64,000 nucleotides of DNA from Eledone cirrhosa (Eukaryota), in the NCBI GenBank assembly GCA_964016885.1, contig OZ024740.1, positions 442,246,001-442,310,000 on the forward strand, in the 5' to 3' direction. The notes under the pieces were generated by a model, which ran no database searches, was not told where the DNA came from, and saw only the letters and a program-made list of their open reading frames with translations. Of this stretch, positions 11,551-23,900 are shown piece after piece. The position numbers and the translations under genes were made by a program. Within the stretch, counting starts at the first letter, position 1. Every line of letters starts with the position of its first letter.

Positions 11551-12130
11551 TTTTTTGTTAATTCCTCTGATGGATATAAAAAATTATAATTCATATTTTA
11601 TACTGTGTTTTTTCTATATATTCTTATATATATTTTAAAAATTATATTGCTTAAAATTACATATTTTTAGAATTATATTGCTTAAAAATTACATTGCTTA
11701 AAAATATAATTCCTTTTAAAATTATATAATTATATATTTTTTAAAAATTGTAATTCCTTTTAAAATTATAATCCTTTTAAAAATTATAACTCATATTTTA
11801 TTTTATATTATGTATTTTGTATTTATATATATATATGTATATGTGTATATGTGTGTATATGTATGTATATATATATATATATATGTGTATATATGCGTAT
11901 GTATACATGCATGTATGTCTGTGTATATGTGTGTATATATCGAAATATATAATTTGAATACATTCTATGAATAAACTCATATAAAAGGTTTTTTACGGTT
12001 TATGCTTTAGATATATTCTTATGAAAAACTTTAAACATTAAAACGTTAGAGTAAACAAACTTATATTTTAATAGTCACAACTGTAAAAAATATATAAAAT
12101 TTATAAAATGATAACTTACTATAAAATAAT
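11551..12130 (+). repeat. AT-rich ~600-bp dispersed repeat, copy 2
   Basis: Direct copy of 1021..1626 with scattered substitutions and a small deletion. Confidence 0.85.
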
Positions 12131-12314
12131 TGTTTCTACTTTAGGTACAAGGCCAGCAATTACCCAGTGCATTACTGGTACTTTGTTTTATCGACCCCGT
12201 AAGGATGAAAGGCAAAGTCAACCTCGGCGGGATTTGAACTCAGATCGTAAAGGGACGTAACTATGCTGGAAAGCATGGCGTCCGACCCTCTACTGATACT
12301 GCCAATCCACGCCC
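12128..12314 (-). mobile_element. tRNA-derived SINE with Meta/MESC-like core
   Basis: Minus strand GGGCGTGGATTGGCAGTATCAG (A box) ... GAGTTCAAATCC (B box) ... TTGACTTTGCCTTTCATCCTTACGGGGTCGATAAAA..GTACCAG. Confidence 0.88.
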
Positions 12315-12956
12315 TTATATATAATATAAGATAAGGTAAAATGAAGAAATAAAATATAAAAAAATAAGAAAAAATAAATAATAAAATAATAAGATAAGAT
12401 ACAATAAAATGAAGAAGTAAAAATATAAATAAATAAATGAATAAAATAGAATAAAATGCGTGTTTGTTATATCAAATATCAAAGAAGAATAAAGTGCGTG
12501 TGTGTTATAGCCAATATTAAAGTTTGAAAGATTTGGAAAATATTGACTGAAGTATAAAGGCTATGTGTCAGAATCGGGAAATGCAAAGGATTACGATCTT
12601 TACACTATCATGGGGTGGTGCGTTTTAAGAGCAAATGAGGCAAGAGTGGAGTGTAAAACACCATAACCTGAGTGTCAAAATCCGGAAATGCAGAGCACTA
12701 CAGTTTTTAATTCGGCATAGAGTACATATGCGTGTATGTCAACCCACATCGTTGCAAGCCCACACGCACCAACACGGGCCCATTTAACTTAATTACTTTA
12801 TTTTACATTACTCCGGAGTAACCAAACCAACCTGGATAATTAGTCGAGTGCTCCAATCTGCATACTGAGGTGTCGGTAAACCAGCAACATATACTCAAAT
12901 TTTATCTAGCTCCACCACGTGTTGAGCACTTCAAACAGTAGCGGACTTAAGTCACT

Positions 12957-13937
12957 ATGGAAAAACTGACAACCTTGGCGTCACTGAAGGATATCCCCCT
13001 ACCTGGCAAACGAGAATACACCAGTGAGCTCATTAGAAGTACGGACTCCCTTGTCCGTAGGATGAGATGGAGGGCGTTTCACTTTGAAAGAGGAACGCCT
13101 AAAATTACCAACACCCAAAACATGGAGTACCTTTTTAGATCAAGGAGGAACCATCCCCACAACAGGCTAATGGAGGAGTTCGAAAACGAGATGATCAACA
13201 TTATCTCCAACCTCAAATTCTCCGGAAAACTACCCAGAAGTCAGGAGTACCTCAGACACATGGGAAACGGCATTACAAAACTTAAAGAGACAACTGGAAT
13301 ACTTGTCCATGCCGATAAAACCAACAACTTCTACAACATGGACATTGAACTGTATAATAAGATAATTCTCAGGGAACTGAGGAAATGCTACAAAAAAATA
13401 CCTGGAGTTACCCTGGATGAGATCAACGCCATAGCTTACAGGATTATATCCGGACTCGGCATAGAGGATAGGACGACCCCATACCAACCAAGCGAGCTAC
13501 GGATTACCCTTAAGGACCACAAGCCAAACTTTGAGTCCGACCTCCCGGTTAGACTAATAGCCCCGTCCAGATAAGACCTAGGGATCGTCAGTAAAAACAT
13601 ACTGCATAGGATTTTGCCCAAGCTTCTGAAAAAAACTAAATTACAACAATAGTCATGCACAGGAGAGGTAATAGAATGGTTTAAGATACTACCTGAGAAA
13701 AGTAGGACCAGCTTTATCCAACTGGATATTGCAGGCTACTACTCCTCAATCTCGCCCATAGTACTCAATAAGGCCCTTATTTTAGCGATGTCCAATACGG
13801 ACCTAACACGCGAGGAGGTGAGCATCATCCACGCCGCCCGAAAGACCCTGATCAGTTTCGGTGGAGACTTTTGGACCAGAAGTGATTGGCCAAATAATTT
13901 TGACATCACGATGGGCTCCAGCGACTCAGCACAGGTA
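12957..13937 (+). mobile_element. Penelope-like retroelement fragment: N-terminus and first half of RT, with two in-frame stops
   Basis: SLKDIP, RRMRWRA, ADKT, KDHKPNF, VRLI. Reading through stops at 13572 and ~13650 gives FIQLDIAGYYSSI and FDITMGSSDSAQV, then an abrupt end. Confidence 0.88.
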
Positions 13938-14121
13938 TAGCGCTTGTAAATGACTAAGTTAGCTAGATTGAAAAATACTAATTATAGTAAAAAATACTAT
14001 ATATATATATAGTTTCCATTTGTTAATATCGTATTTTTACTCCAAATATTTGTTGAGTGCTTTATATCAGTTATAAAAATATTTGCTTGTTGTATCCCAA
14101 CAATTTAAATAGAACTTTTAC

Positions 14122-14166
<45 letters not shown>

Positions 14167-14229
14167 TGTGTGTGTTTATATATATATATATGTGTGTGTG
14201 TTTATATATATATATATATATATATATAT

Positions 14230-14292
<63 letters not shown>

Positions 14293-14322
14293 AAAGAATA
14301 GAGGTGTAACACACGAGTTATG

Positions 14323-14737
14323 ATATATTGGTATAAGGAAAAGAAAATGCTGACAAATTGTTGTTCCCAGTGAAAAATAGTTTAATTAGGAATAAGTAAT
14401 TGGTTAGTATTCAGTTTTAGTTTTAAGTTTTTACCGGTTGCGCATTTCTAATGCTTTTCAAAAATAATTTTGAGATAGAGCGCCCGTGATGTTTGCTCTA
14501 ATCTGATTAGTTTTGGAAATTGTACCTGTTTTATGTGAAAAAAGTGGCTCTAGAGGTATTAAAATAAGTTTCGCGCCAATTCGTGTTGCAAAAATTCTTG
14601 TGGTCAAAACAATTTTGATTGGTCGGTAGAGGTCACGTGAATGTTAAAAATTGGTTTTGCGCCAAATGTAGGTTTGTCGAAGAGTGTCCTTTTTCGCCTG
14701 ATTGAGAAGTCCCTGAAAAATAAGTCTTTTAAGACAA

Positions 14738-14772
<35 letters not shown>

Positions 14773-14874
14773 TAGTAAAGAGGTTCATTGTTGTGATAAT
14801 GGTGAGTAGGGATGTGTGTGTGTATTGCAGTCATGTTGAAAGGTCAACAGTTCAGGTGCCTATTAAAACAAATA

Positions 14875-14939
<65 letters not shown>

Positions 14940-15944
14940 CAGAGTAATTCGTGGTAGAGGGATCGGTCAGTAGGAATCTGTCTGTACGTGTGTGGGAGAT
15001 ATTTTAACATGTTGAAAGATATATTTCAGCTCTTGTCTTATACGGAGAAGTGTGTGTGTGTGTGTATATGTCTTTTTGTATGTTAGTGTACGCGTGTGTA
15101 TGTGTGTGTGTATATATGTGTGTGTATATGTGTGTATGTGTGTGTGTGGGGGTGGACCAGTATTTTTGTGATACTGGTAAAAATGGTGTACATTATTCGA
15201 TATTTTCAGCAAAAACGATTCTCTCAAGAGAACATCAAAAACATTAATAATAAAAGGTATGAAATGATATATAGTATTGTCATAACACCAAGGTGTGTGT
15301 GAGTGTCCAGATTGTACGTACTGCAAGGGGAATCCATTAGGCCCTGCCGTATTGGAATACTTATGTACAAATATGTATGTGCCCATCAGTGTGCAATGCA
15401 TGTGTGCGTATATGTATGTGTGTCGGCACGTTTATATCTATAGACATCAAAAGGTATGCACATTTTTGTATATTTGTGTTGCACCATAGAACATGTGTGT
15501 TTACGTATGTCATTGTGTTTATATGTGGATAGAGATGTATGTAGGATGTATGCTGTTGTAGGTATGTATGTTGACGTGTGTATGTTGTGGGTTCGTCTTA
15601 AGGAGAAGTCAATTTTTAACATTCACGTGACCTCTACCGACCAATCAAAATTGTTTTGACCACAAGAATTTTTGCAACACGAATTGTCGCGAAACTTATT
15701 TTAATACCTCTGGAGCCACTTTTTTCAAATAAAACAGGTAGAATTTCCAAAATTAATCAGATTAGAGCAAACATCACGGGCGCTCTATCTCAAAATTATT
15801 TTTGAAAAGCATTAGAAATGCGCAACCGGTAAAAACTTAAAACTAAAACTGAATACTAACCAATACTTATTACTAATTTTTACTTATTCCTAATTAAATT
15901 ATTTTTCACTGGGAACAATTTGTCAGCATTTTCTTTTCCTTTTA

Positions 15945-15953
<9 letters not shown>
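14323..15953. repeat. Element bounded by ~330-bp inverted repeats (14323..14653 / 15610..15953) with a TG-rich interior
   Basis: The arms are reverse complements, e.g. ggtcggtagaggtcacgtgaatgttaaaaattg / caatttttaacattcacgtgacctctaccgacc. A further partial copy is at 52317..52553. Confidence 0.85.
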
Positions 15954-16036
<83 letters not shown>

Positions 16037-17769
16037 TGTAATAAACAACATAAGGCAATTATTTCATTTACCAGTGGTTTCTTAAAAGCAAACAAATTTT
16101 GCTTTCAATCATCAGAATGAAAAAATCCTGGTGTATTTATTGGCATTGGATTTTAAAAACAAAAATATAATCTATATGAAAGTGAGGCTGGAAAAGGAAG
16201 AAGGAAAGGAAAAATAAACACACATACAAACGCACACACACACACACAATTATATACATACACATATATATATATATATACATACACACATACATACACA
16301 CACACACATATACACACACACACATATATATGTGTATATATATGCATACAAATACATATACACATACATACATACACACATAATTATAAACATATCCATA
16401 CATACAAATACACAAACAGGCATACACACTCACACACACATATACATGCATATATATATAAACATATATATATACATACATACACACACATACATATATA
16501 TACACACATATATATATATATATATATATACACATACATATACATACATATATATATATATACACACATACATACATACATACATACATACATACATACA
16601 TACATACATACACACAATCATACGTATATACACACGTACATACATACACATACATACACACATATATACACGCATATATACGCAAGCACAAATATAGAAA
16701 TATCACACACAAATAATTATAAGAAAAAATATAATAATAAAAATACCGTCACATAAGAATAAAAATGAATATAAAAATTATTATAGTGTTGACAGCGATA
16801 CAGGCTACAAATAAATGAACAAACACACGTGGTAAGCAATACACACAATTGCACGTACACATATATACGTAAAAATAAATACATACACACACTCTCACGC
16901 ATACACATACATATACAATTACATATACACATACATACGCATACACATATATATATATACACACACACATATACATATATATATATATACATACATACAT
17001 ATCCATACATACATACACATACATATACATACATATACATACATATCACAAACACATACATACAAATACAAACACACACATATGTATGTGTGTAAAACTC
17101 ATTCTTAGATGTATTCATATGAACCTAGTTTAACTCTAAAATATATATATATATACACATATATACACATACATATACATATACATATATATATATATAC
17201 CTACACACACACACATATATACACATACATACGCACACACACACATATATATATATATAAGAAAAAACATAAATATTATATATATAAAAAAAATACATAA
17301 ATATTGTATATATAAAAATAAAAAGTTGGGAATACGACATATAATAAATAAAAAAATAATTAGAAAAGGGTATAAATGTTTATAGCTGATTTAGAGCACT
17401 CAACAACTTCCCGGAGCAAATGATCCATGAAAATAAGCATTAAATCACTGTATGTAATTATGCATATACATACACACATACATATACATATATCTATATA
17501 TATACATACATATACATACACACACACACACACACACACAAACACAACCACAGAAATACACACACACACATACATACACATACATACATATACGTATATA
17601 TACACACACACATAGGAAAAAGTCTGACCTCACGGCAGAGCTCAAGCCGTTTCTGAGGATATTATATATATACAAACAAAACCATTATATAAAAATACAT
17701 ATACACGCACAAATATACACACGCCCCCACACACACATTAAATCTATATATACACACATACATACACAC

Positions 17770-17856
<87 letters not shown>

Positions 17857-18030
17857 CACAAATACAACAGAAGCATATAATATACAATTATATATACATA
17901 TACATATACATACAGATAAATATAAACATACACACACACACATATACATACATATATATATACACACACATATATATATAGATATACATATATATACACA
18001 TATACGCAACACACACGCACACACACAAAA
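15950..18030. repeat. Compound (TA)n/(CA)n/(TACA)n low-complexity tract
   Basis: Direct inspection; source of the spurious Y/I/V/C/H/T ORFs. Confidence 0.9.
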
Positions 18031-18231
18031 ATAAATATCTAAAAATAAAAAAATTGGGTATGTGAAGGGTAAGGCAGAAAGTAGGGGGGAAAATAAGGTA
18101 AGTAAATGACATAGGAAAAGGTTTAAATATAAGGGGAGATAAGGGAGAAAGAGAATACGAGAGTACAGAACGTGAATTCAGAAGGCAAAAAAACCGTAGT
18201 GGATGTAAGGCGTAGAAGGCAGAGAAGGAGT

Positions 18232-18900
18232 TCAAGGTGGTCGAGTTATCGTAGGAATGTCAATCCAGTTACAGATCAGATGTGATTTCAGGTGAGGACA
18301 ACATCTGAAGATCTCGGTCTTTGAGTTCAGGCAAGCAGAAGTGGCTTTCAAGTTTTGTAAAATCTTATATTTTTCAGTGGTACACAAAGAACAATTCTTT
18401 GTGCCCCTTTGGTACTCCCTTGAATGGTCTAAAATAGACCAATCGATAGACTACGGGATGTTTTTATCCTTGAATTCCAACACCTTACTTGCGAGGACCG
18501 TTGCTGTTCTTTTATGGGAGTGCTTAAAAGAATCGACATGTGCATAAAACCTGGTTTTAAACCTGTCCTGGGTCATGCCAACATATCGCTCACTCCTGGC
18601 TGGCTGGTTGTTGATTAAAAGTGTCACTTTGGCCTCATATACAACGGATTTGGTGTTACATTTGCCCTGTAATGGGCATTCATCCGACTTCCTACAACTG
18701 CATCCTGGATTTGTTCTCGTGCGATTTGAATTAGTGATATAAGACTTCATTGATGGGCAACAAGAGTAACTGATCTTAACTACATTTCTATTAAATATCT
18801 TATAATATCTATGATTAGGAGGAAAATGTTTATCTAAGAGGTCAAGGAATTTCCTTCCTACATTAGTTTTGACAGTTAGTGAGAAGGTGGGTGTAAACCA
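18232..18900 (-). mobile_element. Penelope-like element C-terminal fragment: Cys-rich linker plus GIY-YIG endonuclease
   Basis: [67 protein letters not shown]; one in-frame TAG at 18451. Confidence 0.88.
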
Positions 18901-18966
18901 TTAAGCTATTAAGCTCTGTTACCTACATAGAGCACTCTTTTTTCCTGGACTTTTCCGACGGAATTC

Positions 18967-19015
<49 letters not shown>

Positions 19016-19028
19016 TATATATATATAT

Positions 19029-19099
<71 letters not shown>

Positions 19100-19102
19100 T
19101 AA

Positions 19103-19133
<31 letters not shown>

Positions 19134-19136
19134 TAT

Positions 19137-19175
<39 letters not shown>

Positions 19176-19299
19176 TATATATACACATATATGAGGATGT
19201 AACGTGGAATGATTGCAGAAGGCAGCTTGACAAACAAGAAACTGCGCGTGTCACCTGAATGTATAGATAATGTCTCACACCATATTTATTTCTCTATGT

Positions 19300-19850
19300 C
19301 TTGATCTTTCAACCCCGAAAGTGGAGCTCAAAATATGTAACAACAAATGTGTAAGCCGGGATCAAATTACTGCGGAATTTATTAAACGACGTGTTCAAAT
19401 ATTTCTCAGTTATATTCCTCAGCTCACGTGTGTATACGGAGCTACCATCCTTGGTTAATGTGGATCTCAGATATCTGAAGTTATCTAATTCTTCAAGTTT
19501 TACTCACTTCAGAATGGGGTTCAATAGAATGTCAATCAGAATTTTGTTCGTTTCTCAGTTGATTTCGATTCCTTAGGTTCCTGACAGTCTTTCCAATTTG
19601 TTGATGAGTTCCTGTAGTTCTGCACTTCCTTCCAGCAGGTCAACATCGTCAGCAAAGCACAGCGGGGAAAGGGACTGACCTCTAATTAAAATGGAGATAT
19701 GGAAGTCCTGGAGTGCTTTTGTATAATGTCCTCCAGAAAGATGTAGAAAATCACTGAAGAGAAGAGAGAAAATCTTGCAAACTCCGACTGTCGTCTTGAA
19801 TACTTCAGGTAACTTAACTGTTTCAGTCTGCATTACTTTGACCAGTCTTT
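19300..19850 (-). mobile_element. Degenerate RTE-like LINE RT fragment (boundaries approximate)
   Basis: FKTTVGV, LCFADDVDLL..ELQELINKL, and downstream NFRYL-STLTKDG-like pieces with stops and frameshifts. Confidence 0.65.
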
Positions 19851-20555
19851 CAATATAATCACAGTTCGTTAAGTATTTTACTTTCAATATATCAGTAGCA
19901 GTGTTTATACTTCAAAGTTTCAGTGTCACTTAATAGTGTTTACTTTTCTAAAGAAATGTAACTATTTTTAATCATGTGACCACAAGTGAATTGTTGCTTT
20001 TAATCTTTTTGGTATGAAACCACCAAAACCCGCCTCAAGTTTTATGATATAAAACTGTCAATTTGAAAATGTTCATATTTAAATTAAAATCCTCTAACTT
20101 AATTTAATATAAGAACCATTTAAAAAGTTATATTCCAAATGCCCTTTTCAAAATGAAATGATAAATAAATTTAGTAAATTCCTCGAGATTCATGATCAAT
20201 TAATTAAAATATGGAGTATTGCATTAGAAATATGGTAACAAATGCTTTAAGGAATTTTCTCATCCGAGTTTATTAATCCCAGTATATTAAAACCATTTGT
20301 GTTTACAAATTGAAGTCTTGTTGGCTGTTTTCACAAACTAAACACTGTATTTTGTTGTTCATCTTTGAAGTAAAGGAGTTAGAAATGTTTCATCATAATA
20401 GAATAGGGATCTCATTACGACGTGATGGGTCTTAAAACTTTGGTCAAATAGACTTTGCTAGTTGAAATAAACGAATACAAAAATTTAGATTTGGAAAGCT
20501 GTTAATGATGGTGATGGTGGGGACAGTATTGATGGTGGTGATGGTGGTGGTGGGA

Positions 20556-20594
<39 letters not shown>

Positions 20595-20916
20595 CCGATG
20601 ATGATGATTTAAAATTTTTTGTATACCATTATGAACATTTTCGTCCTGAAAACGGGTGAAATCTTAATTAAGATTTTATTTCATTTCATATATCTACCGT
20701 TTGTTAATTTTGTATAGGCACCTGTCTATCACTGGGGCTGTTTTAAACAGATTTATTTGTGTCATTATCTTAGAAATAAGTATTTAGTGTGTCATAGCTA
20801 TCAACTAGTGACTCAGTAATGTGTGAAGTAGCTATTATGACATGTATATTATTAGATATTTAACATTGTATGGATGTGATACTAAATATTATTTCTTCCT
20901 TTTACAAAGTTTGCAG

Positions 20917-20938
20917 GTCATTGGTGGAGAAGAAAACA
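20917..20938 (+). CDS. Candidate microexon A of a host gene (alternative acceptor gives 20910..20938); reads ..HWWRRK..
   Basis: tactaa branch-like motif, pyrimidine tract atttcttcctttt, ttgcAG acceptor and canonical GTAAGT donor at 20939; phase-compatible with exons B and C. Confidence 0.45.
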
Positions 20939-20940
20939 GT

Positions 20941-23900
20941 AAGTTAAATACAGCCTACTACTGTGGGAAAGTTATACACAGCCCACTACTGTGGGAAAGT
21001 TATACACAGCCCACTACTGTGGGAAAGTTATACACAGCCTACTACTGTGGGAAAGTTATACACATGCTACTATTGTGGGAAAGTTATACACAGCCTACTA
21101 CTGTGGGAAAGTTATACACTGCCTACTACTGTGGGAAAGTTATACACAGCCTACTATTGTGGGAAAGTTATACACAGCCTACTACTATGGGAAAGTTATA
21201 CATAGGCTACTACTGTGGGAAAGTTATACGCAGCCTACTACTGTGGGAAAGTTATACACAGCCTACTATTGTGGGAAAGTTATACACAGCCTACTACTGT
21301 GGGAAAGTTATACACAGGCTACTATTGTGGGAAAGTTATACACACCCTACTACTGTGGGAAAGTTATACGCAGCCTACAACTGTGGCAAAGTTATACACA
21401 GCCTACTACTGTGGGAAAGTTATACACAGCCTACTACTGTGGGAAAGTTATACACAGCCTACTACTGTGGGAAAGTTATACACAGCCTACTATTGTGAGA
21501 AAGTTATACACAGCCTACTACTGTGGGAAAGTTATACACAGCCTACTACTGTGGGAAAGTTATACACAGCCTACTATTGTGAGAAAGTTATACACAGCCT
21601 ACTACTGTGGGAAAGTTATACACAGCCCACTACTGTGGGAAAGTTATACACAGCCTACTACTGTGGGAAAGTTATACACAACCTACTACTGTGGGAAAGT
21701 TATACACAGGCAACTATTGTGGGAAAGTTATACATAGCCTACTATTGTGGGAAAGTTATACACAGGCTACTACCGTGGGAAAGTTATAAACAGGCTACTA
21801 TTGTGGGAAAGTTATACACAGCCTACTACTGTGGGAAAGTTATACACAGCCTACTACTGTGGGAAAGTAATACACAGCCTACTACTGTGGGAAAGTTATA
21901 CACAGGCTACTACTGAGGGAAAGTTATACACAGGCTACTATTGTGGGAAAGTTATACACAGCCTACTATTGTGGGAAAGTTATACACAGCCTACTACTGT
22001 GGGAAAGTTATACACAGCCTACTACTGTGGGAAAGTTATACACAGCCTACTATTGTGGGAAAGTTATACACAGCCTACTACTGTCGGAAAGCTATAAACA
22101 GGCTACTACTTTGGGAAAGTAATACACAGCCTACTACTGTGGGAAAGTTATACACAGGCTACTACTGTGGGAAAGTTATACACAGGCAACTACTGTGGGA
22201 AAGTTATACACAGCCTACTATTGTGGGAAAGTTATACACAGCCTACTATTGTGGGAAAGTTATACACAGGCTACTACTGTGGGAAAGTTATACACAGCCC
22301 ACTACTGTGGGAAAGTTATACACAGCCTACTACTGTGGGAAAGTTATACACAACCTACTACTGTGGGAAAGTTATACACAGGCAACTATTGTGGGAAAGT
22401 TATACATAGCCTACTATTGTGGGAAAGTTATACACAGGCTACTACTGTGGAAAAGTTATAAACAGGCTACTATTGTGGGAAAGTTATACACAGCCTACTA
22501 CTGTGGGAAAGTTATTCACAGCCTACTACTGTGGGAAAGTAATACATAGTCTACTACTGTGGGAAAGTTATACACAGCCTACTATTGTGGGAAAGTTATA
22601 CACAGCCTACTACTGTGGGAAAGCTATAAACAGGCTACTACTTTGGGTAAGTAATACACAGCCTACTACTGCGGGAAAGTTATACACAGGCTACTACTGT
22701 GGGAAAGTTATACACAGGCAACTACTGTGGGAAAGTTATACACAGCCTACTATTGTGGGAAAGTTATACACAGCCTACTATTGTGGGAAACTTATACACA
22801 GGCTACTACTGTGGGAAAGTTATACACAGCCTACTACTGTGGGAAAGTTATACACAGCCTACTACTGTGGGAAAGTTATACACAGGCTACTATTGTGGGA
22901 AAGTTATACATAGCCTACTACTGTGGGAAAGTTATACACAGCCTACTACTGTGGGAAAGTTATACATAGGCTACTACCGTGGGAAAGTTATACACAGGCT
23001 ACTATTGTGGGAAAGTTATACACAGCCTACTACTGTGGGAAAGTTATACACAGCCTACTACTGTGGGAAAGTTATACACAGCCTACTACTGTGGGAAAGT
23101 TATACATAGCCTACTATTGTGGGAAAGTTATACACAGGCTACTACTGTGGAAAAGTTATAAACAGGCTACTATTGTGGGAAAGTTATACACAGCCTACTA
23201 CTGTGGGAAAGTTATTCACAGCCTACTACTGTGGGAAAGTAATACATAGTCTACTACTGTGGGAAAGTTATACACAGCCTACTATTGTGGGAAAGTTATA
23301 CACAGCCTACTATTGTGGGAAAGTTATACACAGGCTACTACTGTGGGAAAGTTATACACAGCCTACTATTGTGGGAGAGTTATACACAGCCTACTACTGT
23401 GGGAAAGTTATACACAGCCTACTACTGTGGGAAAGTTATACACAGCCTACTATTGTGGGAAAGTTATACACAGCCTACTACTGTGGGAAAGCTATAAACA
23501 GGCTACTACTTTGGGTAAGTAATACACAGCCTACTACTGCGGGAAAGTTATACACAGGCTACTACTGTGGGAAAGTTATACACAGGCAACTACTGTGGGA
23601 AAGTTATACACAGCCTACTATTGTGGGAAAGTTATACACAGCCTACTATTTTGGGAAACTTATACACAGGCTACTACTGTGGGAAAGTTATACACAGCCT
23701 ACTACTGTGGGAAAGTTATACACAGCCTACTACTGTGGGAAAGTTATACACAGGCTACTATTGTGGGAAAGTTATACATAGCCTACTACTGTGGGAAAGT
23801 TATACACAGCCTACTACTGTGGGAAAGTTATACACAGGCTACTACCGTGGGAAAGTTATACATAGCCTACTATTGTGGGAAAGTTATACACAGCCTACTA

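Noticed and set aside
13572-18453. In-frame stops in PLE fragments as possible selenocysteine recoding
   Set aside because: The stops are TAA/TAG rather than TGA, consistent with ordinary decay.
14057-19278. Many short Y/I/V/C/H/T-rich ORFs (also at 1275-1489 and 60225-60627)
   Set aside because: Translations of (TA)n/(CA)n microsatellites.
20910-20941. LQVIGGEENS reading, resembling a PDZ-domain strand
   Set aside because: Too short, and no further PDZ exons were found. Only the HWWRRK frame is phase-compatible with the downstream candidate exons.
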